Assembly (NCBI GenBank): GCA_965214605.1
Contig: OZ243961.1
Span: 2,688,001-2,752,000 of the forward strand
DNA length: 64,000 nucleotides
Direction: 5' to 3'
Source of the DNA: an uncultured Candidatus Binatia bacterium
GTDB lineage: Bacteria > Desulfobacterota > Binatia > Bin18
The translations under genes were made by a program, and so were the position numbers. Position 1 is the stretch's first letter. Each line of letters opens with the position of its first letter. This document shows, piece after piece, positions 38,151-48,999 of the stretch. Under the pieces are notes generated by a model. The model was not told where the DNA came from. It did no database searches and saw only the letters and a list, made by a program, of their open reading frames with translations.

Positions 38151-38179
38151 GAGAGTCTTCTTGGATCACACATACACGG

Positions 38180-38722
38180 ATGAAGGTCAATGAAAAGAAC
38201 CTATCAACCCAGCAATATTCGTCGCAAGCGCACTCACGGCTTTCTGAGTCGGATGAGCACGCCGGCTGGTCGCGCCGTCATACGAAGACGCCGCAGCAGG
38301 GGACGCAAACGTCTGAGTGTCCAGATACCCCCCAAACAAGCACGGCTCTAGACACGCGGTCTGCCCCATCGACGTTCCAAAAAGCGGCTCGTATCTTAGT
38401 CCGCCGTGACTTTGTTGTTCTCCAGCGTAAGGGCAGGCGCCGCCATACTCCGCACTTTGTGGTGATGACAAGACCGAGACAGACCGGCTGCTCCCGTCTC
38501 GGGATTACAGCCACCCGCCGTTTTGGCAATGCGGTGATGCGCAACCGCGTAAAGAGACGTGTGCGTGAATTTTTTCGCCGTCACCAAGCCGATTTCGTCC
38601 CCAGTCAAGATATCCTGGTCATCCCCAAGCCCGGTGCTGGACAGCTGTCCTTTCGCCAGATCAGCCAAGAGCTCGGCCGGGCATTGTCTCTTGCTGAAAA
38701 AACCCGCTTCGGCATACAGTAG
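38180..38722 (+). CDS. rnpA: Ribonuclease P protein component, frame open across all of rpmH
   Basis: [33 protein letters not shown]; the only in-frame ATG/GTG/TTG before the domain is ATG 38180. Confidence 0.9.
   Translation: MKVNEKNLSTQQYSSQAHSRLSESDEHAGWSRRHTKTPQQGTQTSECPDTPQTSTALDTRSAPSTFQKAARILVRRDFVVLQRKGRRRHTPHFVVMTRPRQTGCSRLGITATRRFGNAVMRNRVKRRVREFFRRHQADFVPSQDILVIPKPGAGQLSFRQISQELGRALSLAEKTRFGIQ
38190..38351 (+). CDS. rpmH: 50S ribosomal protein L34 (53 aa, not in ORF track)
   Basis: [53 protein letters not shown]. Confidence 0.98.
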   Translation: MKRTYQPSNIRRKRTHGFLSRMSTPAGRAVIRRRRSRGRKRLSVQIPPKQARL

Positions 38723-38801
38723 GACTGACCGACCAATGACTACTGCTCCCGACTTCTCAATGCCGCATTCCTGATTTTCCGGATAAGGTAGCCGCACCAC
38801 T

Positions 38802-40451
38802 ATGATGGATAAAAGGAGCCTGATCGCAATCGTCCTCTCTCTGGTCATTCTGATTGGCTATCAGGAACTGATCAGCTACCTGTATCCGCCCCCACCGCCA
38901 CAAGAGCCCCCTGTTCTGTCCGAGCGGCTCGGCTCGTCCCCCGCCTCCTCCTCCTCGGTCATGCCTGCGCCTGAAGTTGAGCAAAGCCTCGGGGTCGCGC
39001 CTAACACCCCGGTTGCCCATGCCCAGCCTGAAGAACAGGAAATCGTGGTTGAAAACGTCGTGTATCGCGCCGTATTTAGCTCGCGTGGAGCTCGGCTGAA
39101 GAGCCTCACCCTCAAAGACTATCCCGGAGACGCGGGTGAACACAGTCCGCCCCGGGAAATGGTCCGTCCAGGCGTTGGGGACGTTGCTCCCCTTGAGGTG
39201 CGGCTTGAGGGGGACGGTACGAGTCTGGATGATACGGGTGTTGTCTACGCGGTTGAGAGTGACAATATCGAGTTTGACGCCCAAGAGCAGGCGATTCTGA
39301 CCTTTCGCGGCACTCTCGCCGACGGAACGCCGATTGCAAAGGTGTTCACCTTCACGGTAGACACCTACGGCATACAACTCGCCGTTCAGGTCGGGCAAGC
39401 TCCGCCGAACGTCTCCGCCCTCTCCTTGGTATGGATTGAGAGCCTGGATCCGACCCAGACCGATGATTTCTACACGACCTATGGTCCGGTGGCGCTAGTG
39501 GGCCGAAAATTCGTCTATGAAGGCGCGTCTGGATTGGACGAGCCGGAAATTCTTGGACCCGGCCAGGTACGCTGGGCCGGTTTCACCGATTCCTACTTCC
39601 TCGCCGCTATGATGCCCCCGGCCGGGGAGAGTTATCGCTGTGTGTTCAGGTTGGTCAATAACACGGCCCGAACCACCCTGACCATGCCCTGGGCCGGAGA
39701 GAGCGTCTCCTACACCCTGTATGTCGGTCCCAAAGAAACCGAAGCGCTCAGCGCCGTTGACCCGGTCTTTGACCGGGCGATTGATTTCGGTTGGTTCCAT
39801 TTTATCGCCCGTCCGCTTATCTCCTTGTTACGTCTGTCACACAGTCTGACCGGTAACTACGGACTTGATATCATTTTACTAACCGTCCTGGTGAAACTCC
39901 TCTTTTTTCCCCTGAGCAATAAGAGCTTTCAGTCCATGGCGGCAATGAAAAAGCTGCAACCCCAAATGGAGCGGCTCAGGGAGCGCCACAAAGACGACCG
40001 CCAGAAGCTCAACCAGGAAGTGATGGAGCTCTACAAACGTAACAAGGTCAACCCCTTGGGCGGTTGCCTGCCGATGATTGTCCAATTTCCGGTCTTCATC
40101 GGCCTCTATCAGGGCTTGATGTACGCCATTGAGTTACGTCAGGCCCCGTTTTTTGGCTGGATCACCGATCTGTCCAGCCCCGACCGCCTGGGCAGTCTGG
40201 CTATTCCGTTCGTCGATCCCCCTGGGCTGCCCATCTTGACCCTGTTTATGGGCGGATCAATGTTACTCCAACAATGGATGACGCCCATGACGACCGGAGA
40301 TCCGATCCAGCAAAAAATGATGATGTTGATGCCGGTGATCTTCACCGTGATGTTTGTTAATTTTCCTTCTGGCCTGGTGCTCTATTGGCTGGTGAATAAT
40401 GTCCTGAGTATCGCCCAGCAGTATTGGTATAACGCTCAGCACGTCTCATAG
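38802..40451 (+). CDS. yidC: Membrane protein insertase YidC
   Basis: IDFGWF, NYGLDII, MKKLQP, NPLGGCLP, FPSGLVLYW. Confidence 0.98.
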   Translation: MMDKRSLIAIVLSLVILIGYQELISYLYPPPPPQEPPVLSERLGSSPASSSSVMPAPEVEQSLGVAPNTPVAHAQPEEQEIVVENVVYRAVFSSRGARLKSLTLKDYPGDAGEHSPPREMVRPGVGDVAPLEVRLEGDGTSLDDTGVVYAVESDNIEFDAQEQAILTFRGTLADGTPIAKVFTFTVDTYGIQLAVQVGQAPPNVSALSLVWIESLDPTQTDDFYTTYGPVALVGRKFVYEGASGLDEPEILGPGQVRWAGFTDSYFLAAMMPPAGESYRCVFRLVNNTARTTLTMPWAGESVSYTLYVGPKETEALSAVDPVFDRAIDFGWFHFIARPLISLLRLSHSLTGNYGLDIILLTVLVKLLFFPLSNKSFQSMAAMKKLQPQMERLRERHKDDRQKLNQEVMELYKRNKVNPLGGCLPMIVQFPVFIGLYQGLMYAIELRQAPFFGWITDLSSPDRLGSLAIPFVDPPGLPILTLFMGGSMLLQQWMTPMTTGDPIQQKMMMLMPVIFTVMFVNFPSGLVLYWLVNNVLSIAQQYWYNAQHVS

Positions 40452-40492
40452 GGACAACAACCCCCCTAACATGGGAAAGGAAGAAGTCTGGA

Positions 40493-41344
40493 ATGAATGC
40501 GGTAGAAGCGGAAGGACGAACGGTTGAAGAAGCCGTTGCTGTTGCCCTCAGGCAGCTCGGTGTGGAACAGGAGCACGCCGAGATTGAGATTGTGTCACAG
40601 TCAACCAAAGGCTTTCTCGGCATTGGCGGCAAAAGGGCACGGGTGCGGGCCAGTCTGCGCACCCCGTCTGAGGTTACCCAAGAGTCGCCACCCGCCTCTC
40701 CCAGGCGACGGCGGGAAACCCGGAAAGAGAGCCGGGAGAACGCTAGACAAGATCCCTACGCTCCGTCAGGCCGCGCGGTGACCGAATACCTCTCTGAGCC
40801 TGGGCAAGAATCAGATCAAACCGCCGCTCCAGCCACCGCGTTGTCGCCCGAGTTCGTCGAGCGAGCGGGCCAGCTGCTCCGAGAGATCTTAGTCCGTATG
40901 GACATACAGACGGAGGTCTCGTCTTCCATCCAGAACAACGAGATAGTGCTCAATTTCGAGGATGTCACCGACGGGCTTCTCATCGGACGCAAGGGGCAGA
41001 CCCTCGACGCCTTGGAGTATTTGCTCAATCGCATCATCGCCAAAAACGACGACACCGAAGCCCACGTGCTGCTTGACACGGCCGGTTACCAAGAACGGCG
41101 ACGCCAGAATTTGGAGAATCTGGCCATGCGCCTTGGTGAACGGGCTAAGCGGCGGCGGCGGACGGTGACCCTGAGTCCGCTCAATCCGCGCGACCGCCGT
41201 ATTATCCATCTGGCCCTGGAAGGCGATCCGTTGGTGGCAACAAAAAGTGTGGGCCGCGGCTACCTGCGGCGGCTCAGCATTGTTCCCGAAGAAGCCACGC
41301 GCCGTGAACGAGGTCGGGGCGCGGCGCGCATGTCAGCCGAGTAA
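40493..41344 (+). CDS. jag: Jag/EloR/KhpB RNA-binding protein
   Basis: EGRTVEEA, KGFLGIG, LLIGRKGQTLDAL (KH), RRIIH (R3H). Confidence 0.95.
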   Translation: MNAVEAEGRTVEEAVAVALRQLGVEQEHAEIEIVSQSTKGFLGIGGKRARVRASLRTPSEVTQESPPASPRRRRETRKESRENARQDPYAPSGRAVTEYLSEPGQESDQTAAPATALSPEFVERAGQLLREILVRMDIQTEVSSSIQNNEIVLNFEDVTDGLLIGRKGQTLDALEYLLNRIIAKNDDTEAHVLLDTAGYQERRRQNLENLAMRLGERAKRRRRTVTLSPLNPRDRRIIHLALEGDPLVATKSVGRGYLRRLSIVPEEATRRERGRGAARMSAE

Positions 41345-41349
41345 GGTGA

Positions 41350-42750
41350 GTGTACGCACACGACACGATAGCGGCGATTGCCACTCCGGCCGGTTCTGGT
41401 GGAGTGGCCATTGTTCGTATCAGCGGCGAGCGGGCCGAAGCCCTCGCCCGAACGGTCTTCCGACCCGGCCAGCCCTGGGAACGCCTCCACTCACACCACC
41501 TCTATCTGGGGCGGGTGACCGATCCGCTGACGGGTCAAACCCTCGACCGGGCGCTGCTGGCGCTGATGCGTGCCCCCCACAGCTATACCGGGGAGGATGT
41601 GGCCGAAATCCAGTGCCACGGCGGTAGCTTTCTCGTCCAGCGGATTTTGGAAGCCGTGCTCCAACACGGGGCACGGCTAGCTCTACCCGGAGAGTTCACC
41701 AAACGGGCCTTCCTGAACGGTCGGCTTGATCTGTCTCAGGCCGAGGCAGTCCTTGACCTGATAGAGGCCAAGAGTGCAGCGAGTCTCCGGCTGGCCTGGG
41801 AACAGGTGTCGGGTCGTTTATCCGAACAGTGCGGGCGACTCCGCGAGCGACTGCTCGGCCTCTCCGCTCACATTGAGGCATTTCTCGATTTTCCAGAAGA
41901 GGACATTCCGGCCCGCACCCAAGACGAGTTCTGCTGTGACCTGTCCGAGCTGATTGCTGTGGTCGGCCGACTGCACGCGAGCTTCGCCCAGGGCAAGGTC
42001 TATCGAGACGGGGTGCGGACGGTCATCGTTGGCAAGCCCAACGTCGGCAAGTCCAGCCTGTTGAATGCCCTGACCGGGACGGACCGGGCGATTATTACAC
42101 CGGTGCCGGGCACCACGCGTGATACGCTAGAGGAAACAGTCACTATTGATGATGTACCGTTGGTCGTCTGGGACACGGCCGGCCTCCGCGCTGGGCGGGA
42201 CGAGGTGGAGCGGCTAGGTATCGAACGAACACGGAGCGGGATCAGCCAAGCCGAGTTGGTGCTGGCTGTGTTTGACGCCAGCCGGTCTTTTGATGCCGAA
42301 GACACAATAGTGTGTGAGTCCGTCAGCGGCAAGCGGATAGTCCCCATTCTCAATAAGAGCGATCTGCCGACCGAGATGACCGCCGCCGAGCTTGAGACGC
42401 GGCTGGGGGCCGGACCACCGGTCGTCATCTCGGCCCAAAACGGCAGTGGCTTGGACCGTTTGGCAAACACAATCACCGCCCTGATTTTCGGCTCTTGTTC
42501 GGCCGGACAAAACGGGCTGATGGAAGATGGAGGCGGCGTTGTTGTCACCCGCCTCCGCCACCGAGACGCGTTGAGAAAAGCCGAGCGGTATCTTACAGCT
42601 GCCCTTGAGAGTCTAAGCACCGGACTCCCGCTCGACCTAGTGGCCGTGGACCTGCGAGCAGCTCTGGATCAGATTGGAGAAATCACCGGCGAGGTGAGCA
42701 GTGAGGATATTCTGGACCGCATCTTTGGTGAATTTTGCATTGGGAAATAA
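41350..42750 (+). CDS. mnmE: tRNA modification GTPase MnmE
   Basis: [35 protein letters not shown]. Confidence 0.99.
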   Translation: MYAHDTIAAIATPAGSGGVAIVRISGERAEALARTVFRPGQPWERLHSHHLYLGRVTDPLTGQTLDRALLALMRAPHSYTGEDVAEIQCHGGSFLVQRILEAVLQHGARLALPGEFTKRAFLNGRLDLSQAEAVLDLIEAKSAASLRLAWEQVSGRLSEQCGRLRERLLGLSAHIEAFLDFPEEDIPARTQDEFCCDLSELIAVVGRLHASFAQGKVYRDGVRTVIVGKPNVGKSSLLNALTGTDRAIITPVPGTTRDTLEETVTIDDVPLVVWDTAGLRAGRDEVERLGIERTRSGISQAELVLAVFDASRSFDAEDTIVCESVSGKRIVPILNKSDLPTEMTAAELETRLGAGPPVVISAQNGSGLDRLANTITALIFGSCSAGQNGLMEDGGGVVVTRLRHRDALRKAERYLTAALESLSTGLPLDLVAVDLRAALDQIGEITGEVSSEDILDRIFGEFCIGK

Positions 42751-42764
42751 GTCGGAAATCCGTC

Positions 42765-44639
42765 ATGGACTATGATGTTATCGTCGTTGGTGCTGGTCAC
42801 GCTGGGATTGAGGCGGCGCTTGCCAGCGCCCGTTTAGGGGCAAAAACGCTGATGTTGACGCTCAACCTCGACCACGTTGGACAGATGTCGTGTAATCCCG
42901 CTATTGGGGGGATCGGCAAGAGTCACCTGGTCCGGGAGATTGACGCACTGGGCGGCGAAATGGCCAAGGCTATCGACGAGACGGGTATCCAGTTCCGGGT
43001 GCTCAACACGCGAAAAGGGCCGGCGGTGAGAGCGACCCGGGCCCAGGCCGATAAGGCCCTCTACCGTCAACGCATGAAGCGGCGGGTGGAAAGTACATCG
43101 TCTCTCACCCTGCGTCAGGGTAGCGCAGAGCGCCTGCTCGTCGAAGACGGTCAGGTACGGGGCATAGAGACCCAGATCGGCGAGATTTTTTCGGCTCACA
43201 AGATTATTCTGACGACCGGGACCTTTCTCAAGGGTCTGATTCACGTCGGGCCGAAGCATTACGCCGCCGGTCGGGCGGGAGATTTTTCGGTCGAGGGGCT
43301 GAGCGACCACCTGGCCGTGCTCGGCTTTCAGCTCGGTCGCCTAAAAACCGGAACCTGTCCCCGCCTCGACAGCCGGACGATTGATTACCGCCGGCTTGAG
43401 CCCCAATACGGCGACGAACCGCCGCCGCCGCTCTCGTTCTCAACCGAGACGATCCGGCAGAGTCAAATTCCCTGCCATCTGACCTACACCAATCGGCAAA
43501 CGCACGCGGCTATCCGCGCCGGTTTAGACCGTTCTCCCATGTACTCGGGCGCCATTCAGGGCCGGGGACCGCGCTATTGCCCGTCTATTGAAGATAAGAT
43601 TGTCCGTTTTCAAGACAAGCCGCGCCATCAAATTTTTCTGGAACCCGAGGGCCGGGAGACCGTCGAGGTCTATCCCAATGGGCTGTCCACTAGCCTACCG
43701 CTCGATGTGCAGCTGCACATGGTCCGCTCTATACACGGTCTGGAAGAGGCGGACATTATGCGGCCCGGCTATGCGATTGAGTATGATTATGCCGACCCAA
43801 CCCAACTTTTCCCGAGTTTAGAGACGAAACTGGTATCCGGACTGTATTTCGCCGGCCAGATTAACGGGACGACCGGCTACGAAGAGGCGGCCGCTCAGGG
43901 GTTGATGGCCGGTATCAACGCGGTTTTGAGCCTGAGGAGTGAGGCTCCCCTTATTCTGGGCCGAGATCAAGCCTATATCGGGGTCTTAATAGACGATTTG
44001 GTGACCAAAGGGGTGGGTGGAGAGCCGTATCGCATGTTTACCTCGCGAGCCGAACATCGACTGCTGTTGCGTGAGGATAATGCCGACCTCAGACTGCGTG
44101 AGTACGGGTATCGGGTTGGTCTTGTTGACGCGGCCGCAGCGCAGCGCACACAAGACAAAAAAGCCGCGATTGCCGCCGAAATCCAACGTCATGAAAAGAC
44201 GATGGTCGTCCCAAGCGATGCACTGAATGCGAAATTAGCCGATGTGGACACTCCTCCCATCAAAAATCCCGTGTCGTTGGCCCAACTGCTGCGTCGGCCC
44301 CAACTGTCCTACGCTGTCCTGGCCGATCTGATCCCTGCCCCTCAGGCGTATTCCCGTGAGGTCGGCGCAGAGGTTGAGGTCACGGTCAAGTACGCCGGAT
44401 ATATCCGGCGCCAGGAGGAGGGGGTCGCCCGGCTGCGTCATCTTGAACACACCAGGATCCCGGACAACCTGAACTATATCGGTGTGAGTGGGCTGTCGGC
44501 CGAAATCCAGGAAAAGCTGAGCACCTTGCGTCCTCGTTCGCTGGGTCAGGCGGCCCGCATTCCGGGCATCACCCCGGCAGCCCTGTCGTTGTTGGCCATT
44601 CATCTGAAAAAGGGAAACCTCCGGACCCAAACGGCCTGA
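42765..44639 (+). CDS. mnmG: tRNA uridine modification enzyme MnmG (GidA)
   Basis: [39 protein letters not shown]. Confidence 0.99.
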   Translation: MDYDVIVVGAGHAGIEAALASARLGAKTLMLTLNLDHVGQMSCNPAIGGIGKSHLVREIDALGGEMAKAIDETGIQFRVLNTRKGPAVRATRAQADKALYRQRMKRRVESTSSLTLRQGSAERLLVEDGQVRGIETQIGEIFSAHKIILTTGTFLKGLIHVGPKHYAAGRAGDFSVEGLSDHLAVLGFQLGRLKTGTCPRLDSRTIDYRRLEPQYGDEPPPPLSFSTETIRQSQIPCHLTYTNRQTHAAIRAGLDRSPMYSGAIQGRGPRYCPSIEDKIVRFQDKPRHQIFLEPEGRETVEVYPNGLSTSLPLDVQLHMVRSIHGLEEADIMRPGYAIEYDYADPTQLFPSLETKLVSGLYFAGQINGTTGYEEAAAQGLMAGINAVLSLRSEAPLILGRDQAYIGVLIDDLVTKGVGGEPYRMFTSRAEHRLLLREDNADLRLREYGYRVGLVDAAAAQRTQDKKAAIAAEIQRHEKTMVVPSDALNAKLADVDTPPIKNPVSLAQLLRRPQLSYAVLADLIPAPQAYSREVGAEVEVTVKYAGYIRRQEEGVARLRHLEHTRIPDNLNYIGVSGLSAEIQEKLSTLRPRSLGQAARIPGITPAALSLLAIHLKKGNLRTQTA

Positions 44640-44686
44640 GTATCCGTATGCTCCTCAATCAAGCCTGCCCGCATAGCATCAGGTGA

Positions 44687-45379
44687 ATGATGAGGCGTGC
44701 CTCTCATCAGGAAGAGAGTAGCGTCCACCTGTTGAGCCAAGGGGCGGTCCGCCTGGCCATGCCCTTATCTCGGACGACCCTTGAGCGTTTGTGTGTCTAC
44801 CTCGAGGAGCTGCAGCGCTGGAGTCGGATCGTCAATCTGGTCGCTTCCCCCAACCCCCGAACCGTCATCCGTAAACACCTGCTGGATTGCTTAGCCCTGG
44901 TCTCCCGACTCGCTTGTGAGGGGCGTCTAGTCGACCTTGGCAGTGGAGCCGGCTTTCCGGGTTTAGTTCTCGCTATAGCCGACCCCAATCGGCCGATTGA
45001 TCTTATTGAAGCCCGCAGGAAACGGGTCCATTTCCTCAAAGCGGTGGTCAGAAGGCTGGAGCTGAGGAATGTGACGGTGTATGAGGGCAGAGCAGAAGCT
45101 TTGCTTTACCAGGAGCGGTTTCGAGCCGCGTACCGGATCGCCGTGTCGCGGGCGACCTGGAAACTGGAGCCATTTTTATCACTCGCCCAGGGTTTTATCG
45201 ATTGCAACGGCTGGGCGATGGCGATGAAGGGGCCTGGTGTAGAGGACGAGTTGCGCGATGTCCAGGCTCGGGTGGGTCCGTTCGTCCTTCACACCCGCTA
45301 CGACTATACTCTCCCGTTTGGAACAGAGAGCCGGACCCTGCTCTCCTTTGCCAAACGGAATCAGTCGTTGGGGATTTGA
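44687..45379 (+). CDS. rsmG: 16S rRNA m7G527 methyltransferase RsmG (GidB)
   Basis: KHLLDCL, DLGSGAGFPG, SRA, MKG; follows mnmG. Confidence 0.96.
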   Translation: MMRRASHQEESSVHLLSQGAVRLAMPLSRTTLERLCVYLEELQRWSRIVNLVASPNPRTVIRKHLLDCLALVSRLACEGRLVDLGSGAGFPGLVLAIADPNRPIDLIEARRKRVHFLKAVVRRLELRNVTVYEGRAEALLYQERFRAAYRIAVSRATWKLEPFLSLAQGFIDCNGWAMAMKGPGVEDELRDVQARVGPFVLHTRYDYTLPFGTESRTLLSFAKRNQSLGI

Positions 45380-45594
45380 CGTAGCGGCGGTATTGCTGAT
45401 GTCGAATGCCAAGACAAGCCTATCAAGTTGCCGGCTCAGCCGTGACCGTGAGCGGAATGAGAAATCTGTCTAGTCCATGCGGCAACGTATCCGGGCTGCC
45501 ATGACCACCGACTCGTCTTGTACGTTGAAGCAGGCGGGCCCTCTGTTGGCGACACGCCCCGGCCGGACGAAAAACAAAGACGATCATACCTCCT

Positions 45595-45846
45595 AGGGCG
45601 CGGGCCTAAAAACTGCGCTTATCAGCGCAGGTGAGCGCAGCGGGTCTCTCGGCTAAGGGTGCCAAGAACCTGAGAGGCAGCAAAGGCATGGTGATGTTTT
45701 TCAAAGAGGCTGTCGCCCTAGAAGGCTCTTTCCTGATGAGGAATCCTTTTCCGGTACCCAGATGAATCACCGGGCGTTGCTTAAGACTTCAGCCGGGCGG
45801 CAAAACCAGCGGTACGTAGGTGACACGGTTTTTGTGACCGCGTCTC
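45595..45846. mobile_element. Possible MITE / IS remnant
   Basis: Imperfect inverted ends AGGGCGCGGGCCTAAAAAC and GTTTTTGTGACCGCGTCTC; no ORF inside. Confidence 0.3.
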
Positions 45847-46728
45847 GCACTTGAATCTGACCATGCAGCGTCTGCTCGAAGCTCTTCGATCAATTGCTGC
45901 ACTTTCTCTTTTACAGGTATGCTTCTCACGGCTACTCATACCATTTTTCCGCTTAACGGTTCTGGGTTCTCCCAGGGATATAACTCCTGTGACTTATTTC
46001 CTGAACAGGCGCGGCATTTCCGCCACATTTGCAATATTTGCAATAAAGGCTACGTTCCTGCTCTAGTTTCTTCCCTGCCATACTCTTTCCTAACGTCCTT
46101 GGCTTTATCGCAGCTGTCGTGGGTCAGCAGAACCCCAGCTGAGGGACACCGCGCCCAGCATCACCGTCCCCTTCTGGCTGTCGCGTTCCAGTTTTGGGAT
46201 GTGCGGCCGCACGAGTATTCGTCCGGCCTTCGCCGGCGTCTCGCCCGCTCCTCGGCCGGCACCGTCGCAAAGTGGCTCTGCATTGTGCAGGCTAGGCTGA
46301 TTGTGGCCCCGTAGCCGACTGCTTTTCTTTAGAGAAAAGTGGTGCTGAGCTCCCCGGTTTTCATGCCCCGAACAACGCACAGCCGCCCTTTAGCGCATCA
46401 CCGAACTCCGGGCGGCTAGGTATAGCCTCGGTAAAACTCCCGACTGTTCTTTCTCAGTCGTCTCGGCGTATCTGAATCGCTTCTTCGCCGGCCTTCGCCG
46501 GTTTCGCTCTGGGCGTACCGCTCTTTCCTGTTTGACCCGGACAGATCATAACACTGCACGATTGAAGACAGACAGCGGTGGTGGGTCCGGGTCGTGGTTT
46601 GGTCGAGTTGGGAACAGCGGGGCGTGTCCCCCCCTCCCCCCAGAGTACCCGGCTCGAGATGTCGGATGTAATCGGCTTGGGGAGAAAATTGCCGAAAAAT
46701 CTACATCTACATAGGGACCGAGGTATGG

Positions 46729-47082
46729 CTACGTGGTGCGCCGTAACAGCTCGGCCAAGACTTGGCTCTGTCGTTCGAGCGCTTCGCCATGCCGTTCGAG
46801 CGCTTGGCTCTGTCGCTCGAGCGCTTCGCCATGCCGTTCGAGCGCTTGGCTCTGTCGCTCCAGCATCTGCCCCAACGCCTCGCCCTGTCGCTCGAACGCC
46901 TGCCCCTGCCGTTGGAACGCGGCGGCTAGCTCATCAATTTCTCGATCGCGCCGGCGGCCGGCCTTCTTCATCTGGAACAAGCCCCCAACAATGCATCCCA
47001 AGCCTATTATGCTGGCGATAGCCTGAATGATCTGGACCTGATCTGAGATCGACAATACGATGAATTGGTAGAGAGGATCCAT
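46729..47082 (-). CDS. Small membrane-anchored heptad-repeat coiled-coil protein
   Basis: TM IIQAIASIIGLGCIVGGLF, then LERQSQA / LERHGEA repeats. Confidence 0.75.
   Translation of the reverse strand: MDPLYQFIVLSISDQVQIIQAIASIIGLGCIVGGLFQMKKAGRRRDREIDELAAAFQRQGQAFERQGEALGQMLERQSQALERHGEALERQSQALERHGEALERQSQVLAELLRRTT
46761..46920. repeat. 21/42-bp coding tandem repeat
   Basis: CTTGGCTCTGTCGYTCGAGCGCTTCGCCATGCCGTTCGAGCG repeated about 2.5 times, plus degenerate 21-mers. Confidence 0.92.
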
Positions 47083-47287
47083 GTCTGAACCTTCTTCCGG
47101 CAAGTTGGCTCTCCCGGCCAGTAAAAATAGAGGCTCCTCAGTCAAGGGCGGTGGTCTTTTGCCGGATGCGGGTGCCTAACTCTTTGACTGTGGATACTTG
47201 TTGCGGCGCTGGTACAGGTAAGAGCGAAGGCAAATCGTATCTAGAGCACGGAGAAGGAAAAAACGGCCCGCGCCAGGGACCTCACGG

Positions 47288-48088
47288 CTACTCGGTGGAC
47301 GCAGCTGCACGGTTGCGTTGTTGCTTCCGTCTCATGTCCATCTCCCTTCTCTCGTCACGTGTCACCGCCCACATGACCGCTAGGGCTGCGCGGCAGTCCC
47401 CGAGCGCGGTATGTGCCTCGTGCTCCGGCACTCCCTCACGCTCGACGGCATCGACCAGCCGATGGCGACCGCCGGACCGCAGCTCTCGGTAGTCCTCCAA
47501 TAGGTCATGCCACTTAATCTCCGGCAGCATCAGCTCGTGGCGCTCGGCAGTCTGCGCCAACAGCCTCGAATCGAAGGGCGCGTTCCAGGCGAGCACCATG
47601 GCCGCTTTGGAGAGCACGGCCGCAACCTCGGCATGCACCTCGGGCCACGGCTGTGCCCCGGCCTCTCGCAGCCGAACTCGGGACCAGCCGTTCACCTCGG
47701 CCGCCTTGGCCGAGATCCGCCCCGCCGGCAGACTCAGGACGTGCAGGACCTCCCGCCCCGTGGTGTCGAGAATTGCGAGCTCAATGACCTCCGCTCGCGT
47801 ACCCAGGCCGGTCGTCTCGGTATCAAGAATGAACACGTCGGAGCGATTGAGCAGGCTACGCCACCACTCGCGCGGGTGCGCTTGTTGGCGCACCCGCAGG
47901 CGCCGCACGATGAACCATATCACCAGTAGCACAGCGAGGACGGTAAGCAGCACCCCACCGTAAGTCTCCCATACTGCGGACAGCCACTCCATTGCCAGCC
48001 CCACGGCGATAATGATAACCACTAAGACACCCAGCGGCCCGAACATCATGGACAGCAAGTCTTTTACTACGCGTGTGTCCTTGTCCAT
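47288..48088 (-). CDS. DEDDh (DnaQ-like) 3'-5' exonuclease with two N-terminal TM helices
   Basis: ILDTETTG, AWNAPFD, AHTALGDC; two hydrophobic N-terminal segments. Confidence 0.9.
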   Translation of the reverse strand: MDKDTRVVKDLLSMMFGPLGVLVVIIIAVGLAMEWLSAVWETYGGVLLTVLAVLLVIWFIVRRLRVRQQAHPREWWRSLLNRSDVFILDTETTGLGTRAEVIELAILDTTGREVLHVLSLPAGRISAKAAEVNGWSRVRLREAGAQPWPEVHAEVAAVLSKAAMVLAWNAPFDSRLLAQTAERHELMLPEIKWHDLLEDYRELRSGGRHRLVDAVEREGVPEHEAHTALGDCRAALAVMWAVTRDERREMDMRRKQQRNRAAASTE

Positions 48089-48185
48089 GTCTTGTCTCCC
48101 TTCTCTTATCACGTGTCATCGCCCGCATGACCGCTAGGGCCGCGGCAGTCCCCGATAGCCGTATGCGCTCGCCTTGTGCTGTCGC
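48086..48185. repeat. Diverged direct copy of the exonuclease 3' end (47333-47430)
   Basis: TCTCCCTTCTCT..TCACGTGTCA.CGCCC.CATGACCGCTAGGGC..GCGGCAGTCCCCGA present at both sites. Confidence 0.88.
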
Positions 48186-48393
48186 ACGGCGAAGATGGTG
48201 AGCAGCGCCTCGACACTCATCGTTCCGCCTCCAAGGCTGGGGCGACGTTGGATGGAGCTGCCGTCCTCCCTGCCGCGGGAGCATCCGGCTCCTGGTCACG
48301 TTGCCTTTCGATTCAAAGCTGGCCAGACCGGTGAAAAATGTAGCTTCGATATAATAAAGATTAGGAGCCGCGGCAATGAGTTCCAAGACGGCG

Positions 48394-48700
48394 ATGACCG
48401 AAGTTCTCCATTACACCAATGCTGACGGACGAGATTTGATTGCAGCCTGACTGAGCAGCCTGCGAGATCAGCAGGCCGTGGCACGGATTGCGGCCTGGAT
48501 TGAACGCCTTGAACTTGGTTTACTAGGGGACTGTTAAGCGGTGAAAGGTGGGGGTATGGAACTCCCCATTGATTATGGCCCTGGGTGGCGTGTCTATTTT
48601 GCCACGATACAGAAGAGCGTCATTGTGTTGCTAGGTGGTACCAAAGGGACGCAACAGTGCGGCAGCGAGGGCGCGGTTGAAGAACTGGCGGGCAAGACCG
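48394..48700 (+). pseudogene. RelE/ParE-superfamily addiction-module toxin pseudogene
   Basis: One frame ...L.SLRDQQAVARI...RLELGLLGDC*AV...EL.IDYGPGWRVYF...LLGGTKGTQ, with TGA 48448 and TAA 48535. Confidence 0.87.
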
Positions 48701-48735
48701 TGCCGCCCTATGGGTCAGCTGGAAGTGACAAGAGC

Positions 48736-48999
48736 ATGAAAAAGGTGAAGCACGACGAGGGGCTGCGGGAACAGCTCAAAGACCCGGGTTTCAGCACTGA
48801 GTATCTAACGGCAGCGGTAGAGGACGCAGAGCCGGCCGTCTTCCTGCAAGCGCTGCGGAAAGTCGCTGAGGCGCAAGGCATGGCGGCGGTCGCCAAACGG
48901 GCGGGGATTCCCCGGGAACGTCTCTACCGTATACTATCGGCCAAAGGTAATCCGCGGTGGGCAACACTTGCCCCGGTCGTTCGTGCGAGACAGAATTGA
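48736..48999 (+). CDS. HTH addiction-module antitoxin, C-terminus probably frameshifted
   Basis: EYLTAA...FLQALRKVAEAQGMAAVAKRAGIPRERLYRILSAKGNP. Confidence 0.85.
   Translation: MKKVKHDEGLREQLKDPGFSTEYLTAAVEDAEPAVFLQALRKVAEAQGMAAVAKRAGIPRERLYRILSAKGNPRWATLAPVVRARQN

Noticed and set aside
47333-48185. Diversity-generating retroelement TR/VR pair
   Set aside because: Mismatches are not confined to adenines and include indels; no reverse transcriptase in the window.
48448-48450. Selenocysteine or recoded TGA in the toxin gene
   Set aside because: No redox context, the position looks like a mutated Trp codon, and a TAA follows at 48535; it is a pseudogene.
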